This document shows, piece by piece, positions 1-11,403 of a DNA stretch of 64,000 nucleotides (the stretch's first letter is position 1; each line of letters starts with the position of its first letter). A program made the position numbers and the translations under genes. The notes under the pieces were generated by a model. It saw only the letters and a list, made by a program, of their open reading frames with translations, was not told the origin of the DNA and ran no database searches. The stretch is taken from positions 982-64,981 of the forward strand of contig JBHGNT010000148.1 of NCBI GenBank assembly GCA_043228905.1, read 5' to 3'. Source of the stretch: Azolla caroliniana (Eukaryota; Plantae; Polypodiophyta).

Positions 1-575
1 GTGATTGCTAGTAAAATTAATGCGATCTCCTTAAGTTCTAACCATCTCACGGCACAGTACAGTGAGAACAAATGTGACACCGACAAAAGAGTGTTAAGCA
101 TCGAAAGTTACAACACCTCCAAAGCTCTCATTTTGGCTCCCATTTATATGGCCCATTTCCTCTTACGTAATACATATATAGACATCTCCAAAATTAGTTC
201 TCATGTATAGCCTTCTTTGCATTGGTCTTCTACTTCTGCATCATTTCCATGGGTTCTCTGCCATGGCACAAATCCTCCCCAAACAATGCCAGCACAAACC
301 ATTATCATGCCTGGATAGAGTAATTAAATTCGTGTGTGTTATCTATATTACCCATGAGCTCATGTCAATCTTCCAGAAAATTGCATCTATAAACATAATG
401 CATATACATGCCAATGTTTTGACACTGCATTCAGAAATCCAAATTGAAGTGACATCTACATATTTAAAAATATGATTAAGATCCACTATGTAAACATATA
501 TAAACTACACGCACTCATATACATGGCAATGTCTCGTAAGGCATATTGAAATATGTATATACCAAAATCTGACAT

Positions 576-1901
576 TCACCAGCATGCAACCATTCGGAGG
601 AAAGTCCCGAGCACATCTTTTTCTCGCTTTCTCAGCTCTGTTTCCTGTTTGATGTGAGATGCAATGTATTGAATACCATTATCATTCACAAGCATCAAAT
701 CCGATTCAATGGTATCAGGTGTGAAACCAAGTTCTCGGGCACCCCAATAATGATTCAATCGGATTTTCACATCATCGGCAACTATAGTGTTCCCATCTTC
801 CATTCTAATAATATGAGGATTCTCTTTAATAATCCCTTTACACAAATCTGCTCGATATATCGGCTTTTGCCTACTTTCATACCCTTTCACAAGACCCTCT
901 GTTTCATACTTCCTTCTCTGATACCTTTCAATAACCCATCCATGGGTAAGGTCACCACTAGGGTTTCCGGCAAAGATCATACATTGTAGAAGTATCTGTG
1001 TCACATTGGGATTGTTCCTCTCATATTCTCTAATGAACCTTTGCAAAAAGCAGCTTTCTTTATCCATGGGAGAGAAAGGATACTCATCCACATCTATCTG
1101 AATAGCCCACTTTGTTCTGCCCTTGAAAGTTGCAAGGAAATGGGTATAAGCATTGTCCTGTTCAAAGTGGAATCCTTTCGTCACAGAATCTGGGAAGATT
1201 CTATGGAACCTGAGATAGGTCAAGATTCCTCCGCTTGTGTAGGAGGCGAGGTAAGGTTCCTGAGATTCTGCATTGTTGTGGGCAGTGTCATACCAGAATA
1301 TGTGTTCGACCCCGGAATAGACCATGTATTCTATCCACTGTCGGCATTCATATGGACCAATCCCAAATCTATCTCGCCCAAATACTCTGTTAAAGATGAC
1401 AGCAACAAGGAAGAATTGATTGATTTCATCGATACTTTTGCTGGAGTTACGGTTCCAGTCAGAAATTGGAATATGGCTAGAGTCGTTAGGTTTAGGAACT
1501 GAGCTTCCGTTGAAAACATGGCCACTTTTGTCAGGGATTGGATTAGAAGTAGATTTACTTCCCTTAACGTTCGCGAGAGCGTTAATTCCGTCAGAATCAG
1601 GGTCAGGCTTAGGGTTATGGCTAGTAACGTTAGAGTTAGGGTTAGGGTTTCGGCAGATGCTATAGAAGTTATCATGGCCAACTGATCGGAGCCATGGAAG
1701 CGGTTGAAGAGGGGTAGGGTGGACGAATGGAGAGGAGAAGAAGCCGGAGAGGAAGAGGTAGAGGAAGCATGTGAGAAACAGAGCAATGGCTAACCACAGA
1801 CGTAGTGGGAGGAGGAGGAGGAGATTCAGAGAAGGTGGTCTTCTTCTTCCTCTTCTTGCTGGTGGTGTTCTTCTCCATCTGCTTCTTGGCCATGGCACCA
1901 T
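576..1901 (-). CDS. Glycosyltransferase family 92 / DUF23-like (GT-A fold) type II membrane protein, 441 aa, single coding exon
   Basis: Uninterrupted ORF. Arg-rich N-tail, hydrophobic helix (LWLAIALFLTCFLYLFLSG), N/P/S-rich stem, then WIEYMVYSGVEHIFWYD, QDNAYTHFL, DxD motif (KWAIQIDVDEYPF) and C-terminal RLNHYW, the motif order typical of GT92/DUF23 domains. Confidence 0.8.
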   Translation of the reverse strand: MVPWPRSRWRRTPPARRGRRRPPSLNLLLLLPLRLWLAIALFLTCFLYLFLSGFFSSPFVHPTPLQPLPWLRSVGHDNFYSICRNPNPNSNVTSHNPKPDPDSDGINALANVKGSKSTSNPIPDKSGHVFNGSSVPKPNDSSHIPISDWNRNSSKSIDEINQFFLVAVIFNRVFGRDRFGIGPYECRQWIEYMVYSGVEHIFWYDTAHNNAESQEPYLASYTSGGILTYLRFHRIFPDSVTKGFHFEQDNAYTHFLATFKGRTKWAIQIDVDEYPFSPMDKESCFLQRFIREYERNNPNVTQILLQCMIFAGNPSGDLTHGWVIERYQRRKYETEGLVKGYESRQKPIYRADLCKGIIKENPHIIRMEDGNTIVADDVKIRLNHYWGARELGFTPDTIESDLMLVNDNGIQYIASHIKQETELRKREKDVLGTFLRMVACW

Positions 1902-1917
1902 ATTCTTATTTCAGAGT

Positions 1918-1935
1918 TTATTCAAGATCCTCCAT
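1918..1935 (-). promoter_or_regulatory. Candidate uORF (MEDLE*) 16 nt upstream of the GT92-like start codon
   Basis: Minus strand reads gagATGGAGGATCTTGAATAA, just downstream of a candidate 5'UTR intron acceptor (ctgtag, about 1949-1954). Inclusion in the mRNA is not shown. Confidence 0.35.
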
Positions 1936-1953
1936 CTCTACCTTCTTCTACAG

Positions 1954-2068
1954 ACATACATACCATGCAAATACGTACATACATATACATATACATACAT
2001 ACAGACAGACAGACAGACAGACAGACATACATACATATACATATACATACAGACATACATATACATAT
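1954..2068. repeat. Compound (ACAT)/(ACAG)/(ACATAT) microsatellite
   Basis: Directly visible short tandem units. Confidence 0.9.
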
Positions 2069-2120
2069 TTTATGCATTGTGTGTGTATCATTTATACATT
2101 TATGTGTGCATTTATTTATA

Positions 2121-2218
2121 TGCAAACCTCGATCGATCCTTTATATAATGCAGCAAACCTCGATCGATCCTTTAGTTAATGCAGCAAACCTCAATCGATC
2201 CTTTAGTTAATGTAGCAA
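2121..2218. repeat. Minisatellite, about 3 copies of a 31-bp unit (tgcagcaaacctcgatcgatcctttagttaa)
   Basis: Three near-identical adjacent units; the first two contain the palindrome gatcgatc. Confidence 0.9.
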
Positions 2219-3288
2219 TCATAGTCATAACCATACATATACAACATTAGGTGACTTTCACTTGAGTATGTACATATGCCCAGCGTCTCTAGTGGGGCCA
2301 CACAGACCTAGGGATAGTTTATGATTGATTTTGTGATTGCAGAATGAAATATCTTAGCATGTTAAATCCATTCACATCCTAAAACGTGCCTAATGGACAT
2401 TCTGTGCCACTTCACTATCCTGCTCTGAACATTTTACCTTTCGTAAAGAATGTACCCTCATCGAATCAAATTAGTGGTAACAAGCATCTAGAGTTTTTTG
2501 CGCACATTTTCATAAAGATTGAAATAAATCTAGAAATGTAGTCTCCTCACGTCAAATTAATGGTAACAAGCTTCTTACGTTCTTACATACCATATAAATG
2601 AGATGTCTTTAGTGTTCACTACCGTTTTCCCATTATAATGTAGTGTCAGATTTAAAAACTTCCTTGGATGCATTATATATGTATGTATATATGAAATATT
2701 TGAATGGTTCATGTGATACTTCATTTTCATTGTTTTTAAAGTAAAAAGCAATTGCATATCAATTGGACTTGATAAACTTGATTACATTATTTATTTATCT
2801 TCTTCCGATGGTCTACAGGTAAAGCCTGTACCAATCCATGATACAAGGCTATGAAGAAGAGAATATTCTGTAACATGTATCTTAACGCTTCAAGAGAGTA
2901 TTCCTTCACAGCCATATCAAAACCATTACACTGTTCTGTGCATGTTATATTTTGAGACAATACAAAAACAAATCATTATTTTTCAAGAGACAGACTATTC
3001 ATAACTCAATACCAAAAGAGTATTCAATTGATTACAGGGTAAAAAATCAATGTTTTAAATTCTCGTTTTAATCGAGCAAGGAATAAATAAGGGGGGTGTC
3101 GCATACCGACATTTCAAATCAACCGAAATTTGTCTTCCAACACAAATAGTTTTCCGATGATAAGCAAAGCAATTGAAAACTCTTGCACGATAAAACATGA
3201 CATCTCTATCAACTCACACTGAAGAGGAAAACAAAACGCGGAGGATTTTGCTACCTGAAACCACATGTTTTCGCTGATGCGAGGTAAT

Positions 3289-6200
3289 TCATTTCTGACG
3301 CTTATAGATTTTTGCCAAAAATGATTTCAGCACCACCTGTGTTATATCAATCTCTCTCTCTCTCTCTAACAGGTATATATTTTTTAAACAAAAACGGAAG
3401 TGGGAGTCTGGGAGTGTGACAGATCGCCAGTCTAATGAATATGTGTATTGTATCCACCTAATGTAACCTTGCTCTCTTAGTTCCATAGAGTAATAACATT
3501 TACAACAGTACAGGCTAAGAAAGTTTACTACTCATGACCAGACCTTCCATCCACAGTAAACAGTATTAACACTTGAAAATCAGTACACTTAATGTAAATA
3601 TGCTTATACATTTCAAGTATATTAAAAAAAACTCCTTATTTGCAAAATTAACAGTATATCCTTCAGTCAAATCAACACCCTAAATCAAAGATATTTTAGA
3701 ATAGACAATAACTTAATTAGTCTAATGTTCATAAATTAAGAATAATCTAGTAGCGTAATTCCCCTAAGACATGATTACTTTGCATATTAACAAAAGTTTC
3801 TTCCCGTTCCCCAAATTAATACAAACCCAGTTCCTAATTAAAGGTATAATTAGTGGATTAAGATAATATTACTACTAAATTTACGTTTCTAATTCTCCCA
3901 AATGATACATAAAAAAGATCTACTATTTCTTTCTAAGCATCTATACAATAAATAGTAGATATAAGATGAAAATCAACAAAAATTTCAAAAATACCTGATG
4001 TGCATGCCTAATTTCTAATTAGAAGCATGAGTAGCAGATTTAAGCTTCTAATTTTCCCAAATGATGCACAAAAAACATCTACTATTTCTTTCTATGCATA
4101 TATATATATAATAGACAGTAGAGATAAGATGAAAATCAACAAAAAATACCTGAAGTGCCTTGTTTTCTTGGCTCTCAATTTCACTGATGAGTTTGGCATA
4201 CACCTCATTTTCGTATTCTATGAAGACAGACTGCAAATTGGAACATCAAGTGATTTATAACAAATTTAGAACACAATTTACACTATTATTTAAGTTATTT
4301 CTCAATAAATTGCAAATGTGGCATTTATTTTTCTGAATTTCATTATTTATTAAGGTTAATTCTCAATATCAAAAAAAGCAATAGGGTTTGTAATTTCACC
4401 ATTATTTCTAGAAACATCACAAAAAATTGATAATGTTTCGAGAACAAACCTGTAAATTGAGCTCACTGTACACTTTCTTCACTTCAGCTACAAATGCATG
4501 ATCAGCCTTCCCATAACACTTCTATTGTAGTAATGACCACATACATTAAGCAATGAATAACACAAAATGCAAGTTATAATTCAGAATTCACAATATGAAG
4601 ATAAAAGAAGAAAAAATTACCAGAAGCCGATGTTTTTGGTCTTCATTCGCTCTTTTCAGGGCTTGTACTATTAACCATGAACATTTGCTATCTTCAATAT
4701 CAGTCCCAATCTGTGAAATCCGGTTGAAAATTATGCAGGATGTGTGGGGAGAAAGGGGGACATTTATGAGAACACCATTCATTGTTTTCACAATACCCCC
4801 AAATACCATTTAGTAGTTTTTATAAGTGCCAAAAAAATCCCTCATCTTCAAACTTCCCAAAATACTCCTCTCTCTACAAAAATTCTCAGCAATACAGTGA
4901 ATGAGTGAGAGAGAGAGAGAGAGAGATTGTATATCAGATAGAGGTATTTTGAAATTTTCAAAAGATGAACATTTTGGGAAATTTTGTTGAAATTGATGGG
5001 ATATTTTGATTAAAAAAAAACAATAAAAGGAGAATATTCAAAAACTCCAAATTTCAGCTTACTTTTCCAATAAACTCAGGGTCACCATAGCAATCAAGGT
5101 AATCATCCTGCAGATGATCACATACTATTGAAGACTTGCATAAATCAAATACCATACTGTGAAGTGTATATATTTCTTACTGAATATCTAATTAAACACT
5201 GCGATATATTGGATTGCAGAATATTATATAATAAAATAATATCAAACGTCATTTTAAGTAGTAGCAATGGATAGTGATTAATCAAATCTCATGAAGCATA
5301 AAATATACCTGGACTTGGAAGTAAGTGCCCATTAGCACTAAGATATCCTTTACAGTTTCATACTTTTCCAAACTTTCACCAGACATCAAAAGAGCACATG
5401 CAACCTATTTTTTTTAAAGTGGTAAGGAAGAAGTCAAAAAGATTTTTCATTTTCAGAACAAAAATAGTTTTTTCACTTATTTGGAATAAATAAAAAAAAT
5501 TTACTTGTTCGGAACAAAGAACTTTTTTTTTTCTTCTCTGGAACAAAGAAGATTTCTTTTTTCTTATTCTGAACAAAGGAAATTTCTTTATTTTGTTCAG
5601 GACGTCCTAAAATATGAGCCAACAGGCTGAGAAAAACTAAAAACTTTTATAGCAAGAAAAAATAACTCACCGGAAGATAGAAGGAGTAATATGCTGTCTT
5701 GCATTGCACAATTTTCAAATATCTGCATATCGAGTCGGCAAAATAGATTCTTAAAACAACAAAATTCTGATATATTGGTACCTAATATGAACCAAATTAC
5801 TAAAAGTAGCTATGTTCATTCATAGGAATAACTGTGCAATTCGTTCTGTTTTACTTAACACAGATATATCTTCAACGGACCAAAACTTTGATCATTCAAG
5901 CTTAGAGTGATATTTAGAAATTAGAGGAAAATGAGGAAGAAAACTGAAAGACCCAAAAAATGTATATTGAAAAAACTAAAAATATAATGAAAAACGACAA
6001 AACTATGATAAACGCCTAATTAATGCCATTGCTCAATCCCATCTTAAGCAATTATATGGTCTAATTTGTCATCATTCTCTCACTTTTGAGGGGTTGACCA
6101 GAGGAATTTGGAGAAATAACTGCCCTTTTTCTCATTATATATGCTATCTGTGAGATTACATTTTTAGTTTATCGTCGTGTGTCTCTCTTTGAAGGCATTG

Positions 6201-8348
6201 ACCAGAGGAATTTGGGGAAACAAGTAGAACGTTGGAGCAACCAGGTGAATAAAACAAAAACTCAAAGAGTATTTCGGAGTTTTCTCCAGGAAATTTTGCT
6301 AACGTTAAAAGTGTAATATTCAAATTTGATATCCATGTAATGTACATTCTACAAGTTGTAATAATGCAGAGAAAGCCAGGTTACTGTACGTTGGAATCAC
6401 GTATTTAGACAAGTCCACTTCTCCAGATGGAGTAGTTATCAAATCAAGCATCTGACCAGCACATGTCTGGAATTCTACCTGAAATTAGAGATGAGCATAG
6501 TTAGGACGCCCAAAAAACCTTCATCCACACAGTTTAAAAAAATCCAGATTTGCTCAGAAATAAATAAATTAAGAAAGACTATAGCAATGTCTCCATTGAG
6601 GCCAACGTGTCCTATGAGAACCAAGAATATTACAATCAAAATGTTAGGTGATATCTCATCCATGATAAAAAGAAAAGCTCATTGAACAGACATTAAAGGT
6701 TTAGGGTTTAGATTTTAGACATCTGATAATTGAGATTGAACCCACCTCATTAAAAAGGTCATTTAGTTCGATATAGTAAGCTTTGTTTCGAAAATGGCGC
6801 TTCAAAAATCTAAATATATGATTCCGAAGCATAATCCCATCATTTATAGCAATAAACCCTACCTGTAGAATACAAAACCTTGTAACTATGAACAGTTTTT
6901 TATAATAACTTCCATACTTTCAAGCTTAATCAATGCGAACTGAAGACTAATGTTAAGACTGGGAAAAACAACACATCTTATATAAACACAAAACATTTAG
7001 ATGCTTTCTTTTACTTGGATATAATGAATCTGATCTTTATCAGTAATCCTTTAAAATTGTCAATTATATATTTTTCCTATGTGTACCCAGGAATACCCTT
7101 TATCTAGAAAAGAAAAGAAACGAAAACTCACTTTAGGGTCTCTATACCAACATGGTTGGCCACGACGTGTAATGGAGTTGTCCATTATGTCATCCAAGAC
7201 TAAGAAATAAGCTTGAAGCTGAGCATAAAAATAAGAACAAGAGGATGGATAAGAACAAATTTGCAGCTCGATATATTCAACTAATTTTGTGCTAGAGACT
7301 CACCCATTCTACTGACCATCCAAGAACAGAGGCCAAGAATTTTTCCTCTTCAGTTAGTTCTTCATTTTTCAAATGCTTAAGACTATCAACCACCGATAAT
7401 CCTCGATTTAGCTTTCCTGTATAATGGTGAGAATATAAAATGACAAGCATATTATATGAAAACAAAGAAAAATGTTAAGTTATTCAACATGACATTCAAC
7501 GTCAATGATTCAGGAAGAAAAACCTTAAGGTGTTGAGAAGAGTAATACCTCCTGGTACATTGTAATCAACCATCTGCAAAGAAGAAGGAAACAACGAAAG
7601 TTCAGAGATTTTTACAGATAATTCTGATTTCATATTTTCATCTGCTATTAACAGATTTGATTCAAAATTTTTTATCTTTCTTCAATGAATCTGATTCATT
7701 TGTCATCTTCTATTCTTTTATGATCTGCCTACATTTTTCATCATCTTTCTTTTTATGCATGTGATGTTAATATTTCAGTTTTTTTTCTATGAAACTGATT
7801 CACTCTTTTCATGGATCTGATGTATTTTTCCTATCTTTCTTTTATACGTCAGAGTTCATATTTTCATGAATCTCATTTTTTTATTTCTTCTTTCTTTAAT
7901 GAGTGTGGTACATTGTTTCGTCTTTCTTTTGTGGATCTGATGCATCTTCTTCATGTGATACTACCTCTTCAACACAATTCACGGATGCAGTATTTTCTAT
8001 ACAAATCCAGATGCAAAACCACTCAGATAAAAAAACAAAATGAAAACACATACAAAGGAAAGGAACTACGAAAAAAATGATAATTTCGAAATCCAAATTT
8101 TGAAACAAAATTGCAAGAAAAAAGGGGGGATCCAAAAAGCGATACAAATTACAGGTGAAAAAAGAGAGGAGAAAATCCCAAAAAATACAACTTAAAGATG
8201 CAGGAGAAAAGAAAAAACAAAGCAAACAAAAGAAACAACACTAACCTTCTCGACCCACTTTCTGGAATCATCTGTGTAGCTGAATGCCTCTGTATCTTCC
8301 AAGAGCTCCTGTTTCAGCTTCTGATAAACCTCTAGGAACTCTGCTCTG

Positions 8349-8353
<5 letters not shown>
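3289..8353 (-). CDS. FPS: Farnesyl diphosphate synthase, 13 exons, 340 aa
   Basis: GT-AG exons: 8246-8353, 7549-7573, 7304-7416, 7132-7218, 6746-6862, 6390-6478, 5671-5722, 5309-5404, 5063-5107, 4621-4710, 4450-4521, 4150-4230, 3289-3336. They splice in frame to [10 protein letters not shown]...DYNVPGGKLNRG...[13 protein letters not shown] (FARM, aromatic Y/F chain-length residues)...RRGQPCWY...GQMLDL...[10 protein letters not shown]...FQVQDDYLD (SARM)...KIGTDIED...KIYKRQK*. Confidence 0.97.

Positions 8354-8406
<53 letters not shown>
8354..8406. repeat. (GA)~26 microsatellite directly abutting the FPS start codon
   Basis: (CT)n on the + strand begins at the base next to the CAT of the start codon; a second shorter tract lies at about 8444-8464. 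Confidence 0.95.
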
Positions 8407-8410
<4 letters not shown>

Positions 8411-10434
8411 ATTAGTTCCAGTGTGCCTCTGTTCTTTTACTGATCTCTCTCTCTCTCTCTCTCTAGATGTATCTACATCCTCTGTTTTCTCTATATATAT
8501 GTGACATGTCTATATGTATGTATGTACATACTCTGTATACATACATATACATACCAAGAAAATGTCTATATATAAGTAAGCCATCCAATGTCCATTGGTA
8601 ATGTTAATAAATTTCTCACATGCATGACTTCTTGATTTACCAATACCATTGATTATTTAATCATCATTTTCAATTATCATTACTCTCTACCATATTGTTG
8701 TGATGTGGTCGTGTCTGTGTGTTTGTGTCTCTGAAGCAAGAAACCTGCGACAAAGGCTAATGGCTTGGGATTCTCATAAAAGCAATTATCAAAAGAGGCC
8801 TAGTAAATAGGTAGCCATTGCCAACTAAAAGGTAACGGATTTAAAACTCAATCCATACATGACGACAAGGAAGCATGTGCTAAATGTAAATGATCGACCC
8901 ATACTTTGCCAATGACTAGCACCCCTGCCAGGATAAGAATAGTTGCATGGTAGCAGAAAAAAGTAGAGGAGAGTTTTTTGTTTTTATCTGACAAGTGAGT
9001 TGTTGATGCTATCAAAACGAGGTAGAGAGCTCGTTGCCAATTCGAGATGATTTTGGGATTCGAACAGAAGCTTCGATGACGAATTCGATCAAACTTATAT
9101 TGACTAAAGTTTAATTAATCCAAAATCTATTATGAAACCTTCAGAGTCATCCTCTTAGATGCCCCGAGTAAGATGCTTGTCAACCCACCAACTCGAGACC
9201 ACATTACTTTAAAGGCTGTCCTCAAGTGAACACACTCATTTTCTTGTGGAACCTACAAGATGTTTCTCTCATGAAGGCTTGAGGGAGCCTTTTTTACACC
9301 GAACCTACATGATTCCTAAACCTAGGTTTGGTGCGAGCCTAGCGTTCACACCACCTACCCTTATTTACTCTTTACACATAATAAAATCATAAAAACCAAA
9401 TTACATAAGTTGCCACTACACGCAGTTACTCCAAAGTTCACATTGCTTTCACTACTTGCCCCTTTATCTAATTCATAAAGTTCCCCATTTTGTTCTTAGA
9501 GACTTGCAAACATACTCATACACATTCGTACTTATTACACACGCTTATACATACAAATCCACATTTATACACATCCACACACACCTTGACACATACACAT
9601 ACACATACACATGTGCATGTACACTCCTAGGCAAGCAAAAATACCCACCTTACCACATTGTTCCAATTTTATGTTAATTCACATATACCTATACATGTAA
9701 AACACTTAAACATAACATCGACATATTTATAGACAACCCACACACATATATAAATATTCAAAATATCAAACAATAGTGCATATGTTTGTTTTTATAGGTA
9801 AGAAAATGCTAACGATGAGACTGAAGGTCATTGCATCTCAATTAATATAGTCAATGACAAGCTGACATTTTTCACCTTTTTGTTGTAGTGCATAATGTTT
9901 TTATTTATTTATTGTTGAGAATAAGTTGATTAGAAGGGATCCAAAGCCATTGTAAGATTTATATTAACTCTCTTGCACCTCAATTAATGTAGTCAATCGT
10001 GAGCTAATGTCTTTTGTTTTGTACATTTCCGCGATTCAACATCAAATTATTCCCATTTATGATTTGGGTGGTGGTTTTTTATATCATCAATTATTTTAAA
10101 TTCTTGCCAAATCAACTTATTCATATTTGTATAGCATTGTTTCATTGATTAGATAGTTAATAGTTATCTCGCATTTTCTCAATTTTACCCTTACAGGAAT
10201 ATGGTGTTATTGTCTTCAATTGTAGCAACTTAGGTGTACCATGATTAAACATGTCTACTTATAAGTTGGCACAATTATTCATTATTTTCTATAATATAAT
10301 TGTGCAGTGTACGTTGTTTTTAGAAAATTCATCACGTCCAATTTGTATCAAACATTTATAATACCAAGACACTTGAAAGCTTAAAGATGGCATAATATTT
10401 ATCCGGGACTGTGATTCTTTGGATACAAAAAACC

Positions 10435-11403
10435 GCGTATATGTACTCATGAAAACACATGGCTACATAAGGTTAGTTGGGACCCTTTGCAATGGACATG
10501 GCGTGATCCCTATGTGGGGCAAGGAAGCAAACCCATCCCTTTCTTCCAATTCACAACTAGATTGGGTCACCACATTCTAGCCACTCAAACCGCCTGAGAA
10601 TCGGCTGTTGGGAAGGTCTGGCACACATTTCAAGTTCCTTCCACAATAATCACCAAGTTTTGGCAAAAAATCTAGAAACAACAACACGCGAGGCGAATTA
10701 CCACGTTCCAATGGCTATTAATACATAAGTCCCTACCGATGGGAGCACAGCAACGTGGGAACCTTAGGTCTCCTAATTGTGTAGAGTGCCCACATGTAGT
10801 AGAATCAATACGACACACTCTGTGGGACTGCCCAACGTCCCATCGAATATGGCGGGGGGTTGGCCGCTTGTTGCAATTATGTCAGGTGCAAGGCTCAATC
10901 AAGTGGGGAAATATATGTTGGCTATGATGGCAGGCCACAATTGGTAGATACGAGCATCAGGAGGAGGGGATGACTTTGGTGATAAAAGCACAAGAGGTCC
11001 TTTTCTCCTCTAACGGCAATGTCCACACCACTCCTCTTAATGACAAATCTCAAGAGGTGTTGGAATTGGTCAACTCAATAACCCTTTGGATTCTATGGAA
11101 ACAACGATATAGGCGAGTCTTCTCCAACCAAACCGCATATCCAACAATGTTACTGCAAGAGATATGGAGTGAAATTGTAGCCACTTTGAAGAGCCAATAT
11201 GATGGCCTTAAGGGCGGCTCCGAGGGAGTTGAAAGACAACGAATAGCCTTCATCCAACAATGGTCGTCCTCTCCCTTTCTTGAGTTAGTGGGCATCCACA
11301 TAAGATGGAACTATCGTGTCCCTTCAGGGATTTGTACATAATCGTCTCATTTGTAAAATTTTATAACTAATGGAAGGAGTTTTTTTTTTGGAAAAAAAAA
11401 AAA
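10435..11403 (+). mobile_element. 5'-truncated L1-type LINE (zf-RVT region and 3' end), degenerate
   Basis: CVECPHVVESIRHTLWDC zinc finger and LWILWKQR motif; poly(A) tail; 10-bp direct repeat acaaaaaacc at 10425-10434 and 11404-11413 (TSD); premature stops. Confidence 0.88.

Noticed and set aside
1608-1650. TTAGGG repeats resembling telomeric sequence (also at about 54417-54433 and 6699-6712)
   Set aside because: Only 2-3 units; here they encode the NPNPN stem of the glycosyltransferase. Not an interstitial telomere array.
1672-1893. 73-aa alternative-frame ORF from a second ATG 8 nt inside the GT92-like gene
   Set aside because: The first ATG already has strong context, and the ORF is a low-complexity shadow of repetitive codons.
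654-2210. Several plus-strand ORFs overlapping the GT92-like gene and its microsatellite
   Set aside because: Antisense shadows and repeat-derived translations with no domain signal.
2121-2218. CRISPR-like appearance of 31-bp repeats (also 16319-16430)
   Set aside because: No spacers, no cas genes, eukaryotic context.
6094-6221. 23-bp direct repeat ttgaccagaggaatttgg(a/g)gaaa in FPS intron 6; similar short pairs at about 2455/2545, 9830/9973 and 31960-32130
   Set aside because: Short local duplications with no TIR, tail or coding signal.
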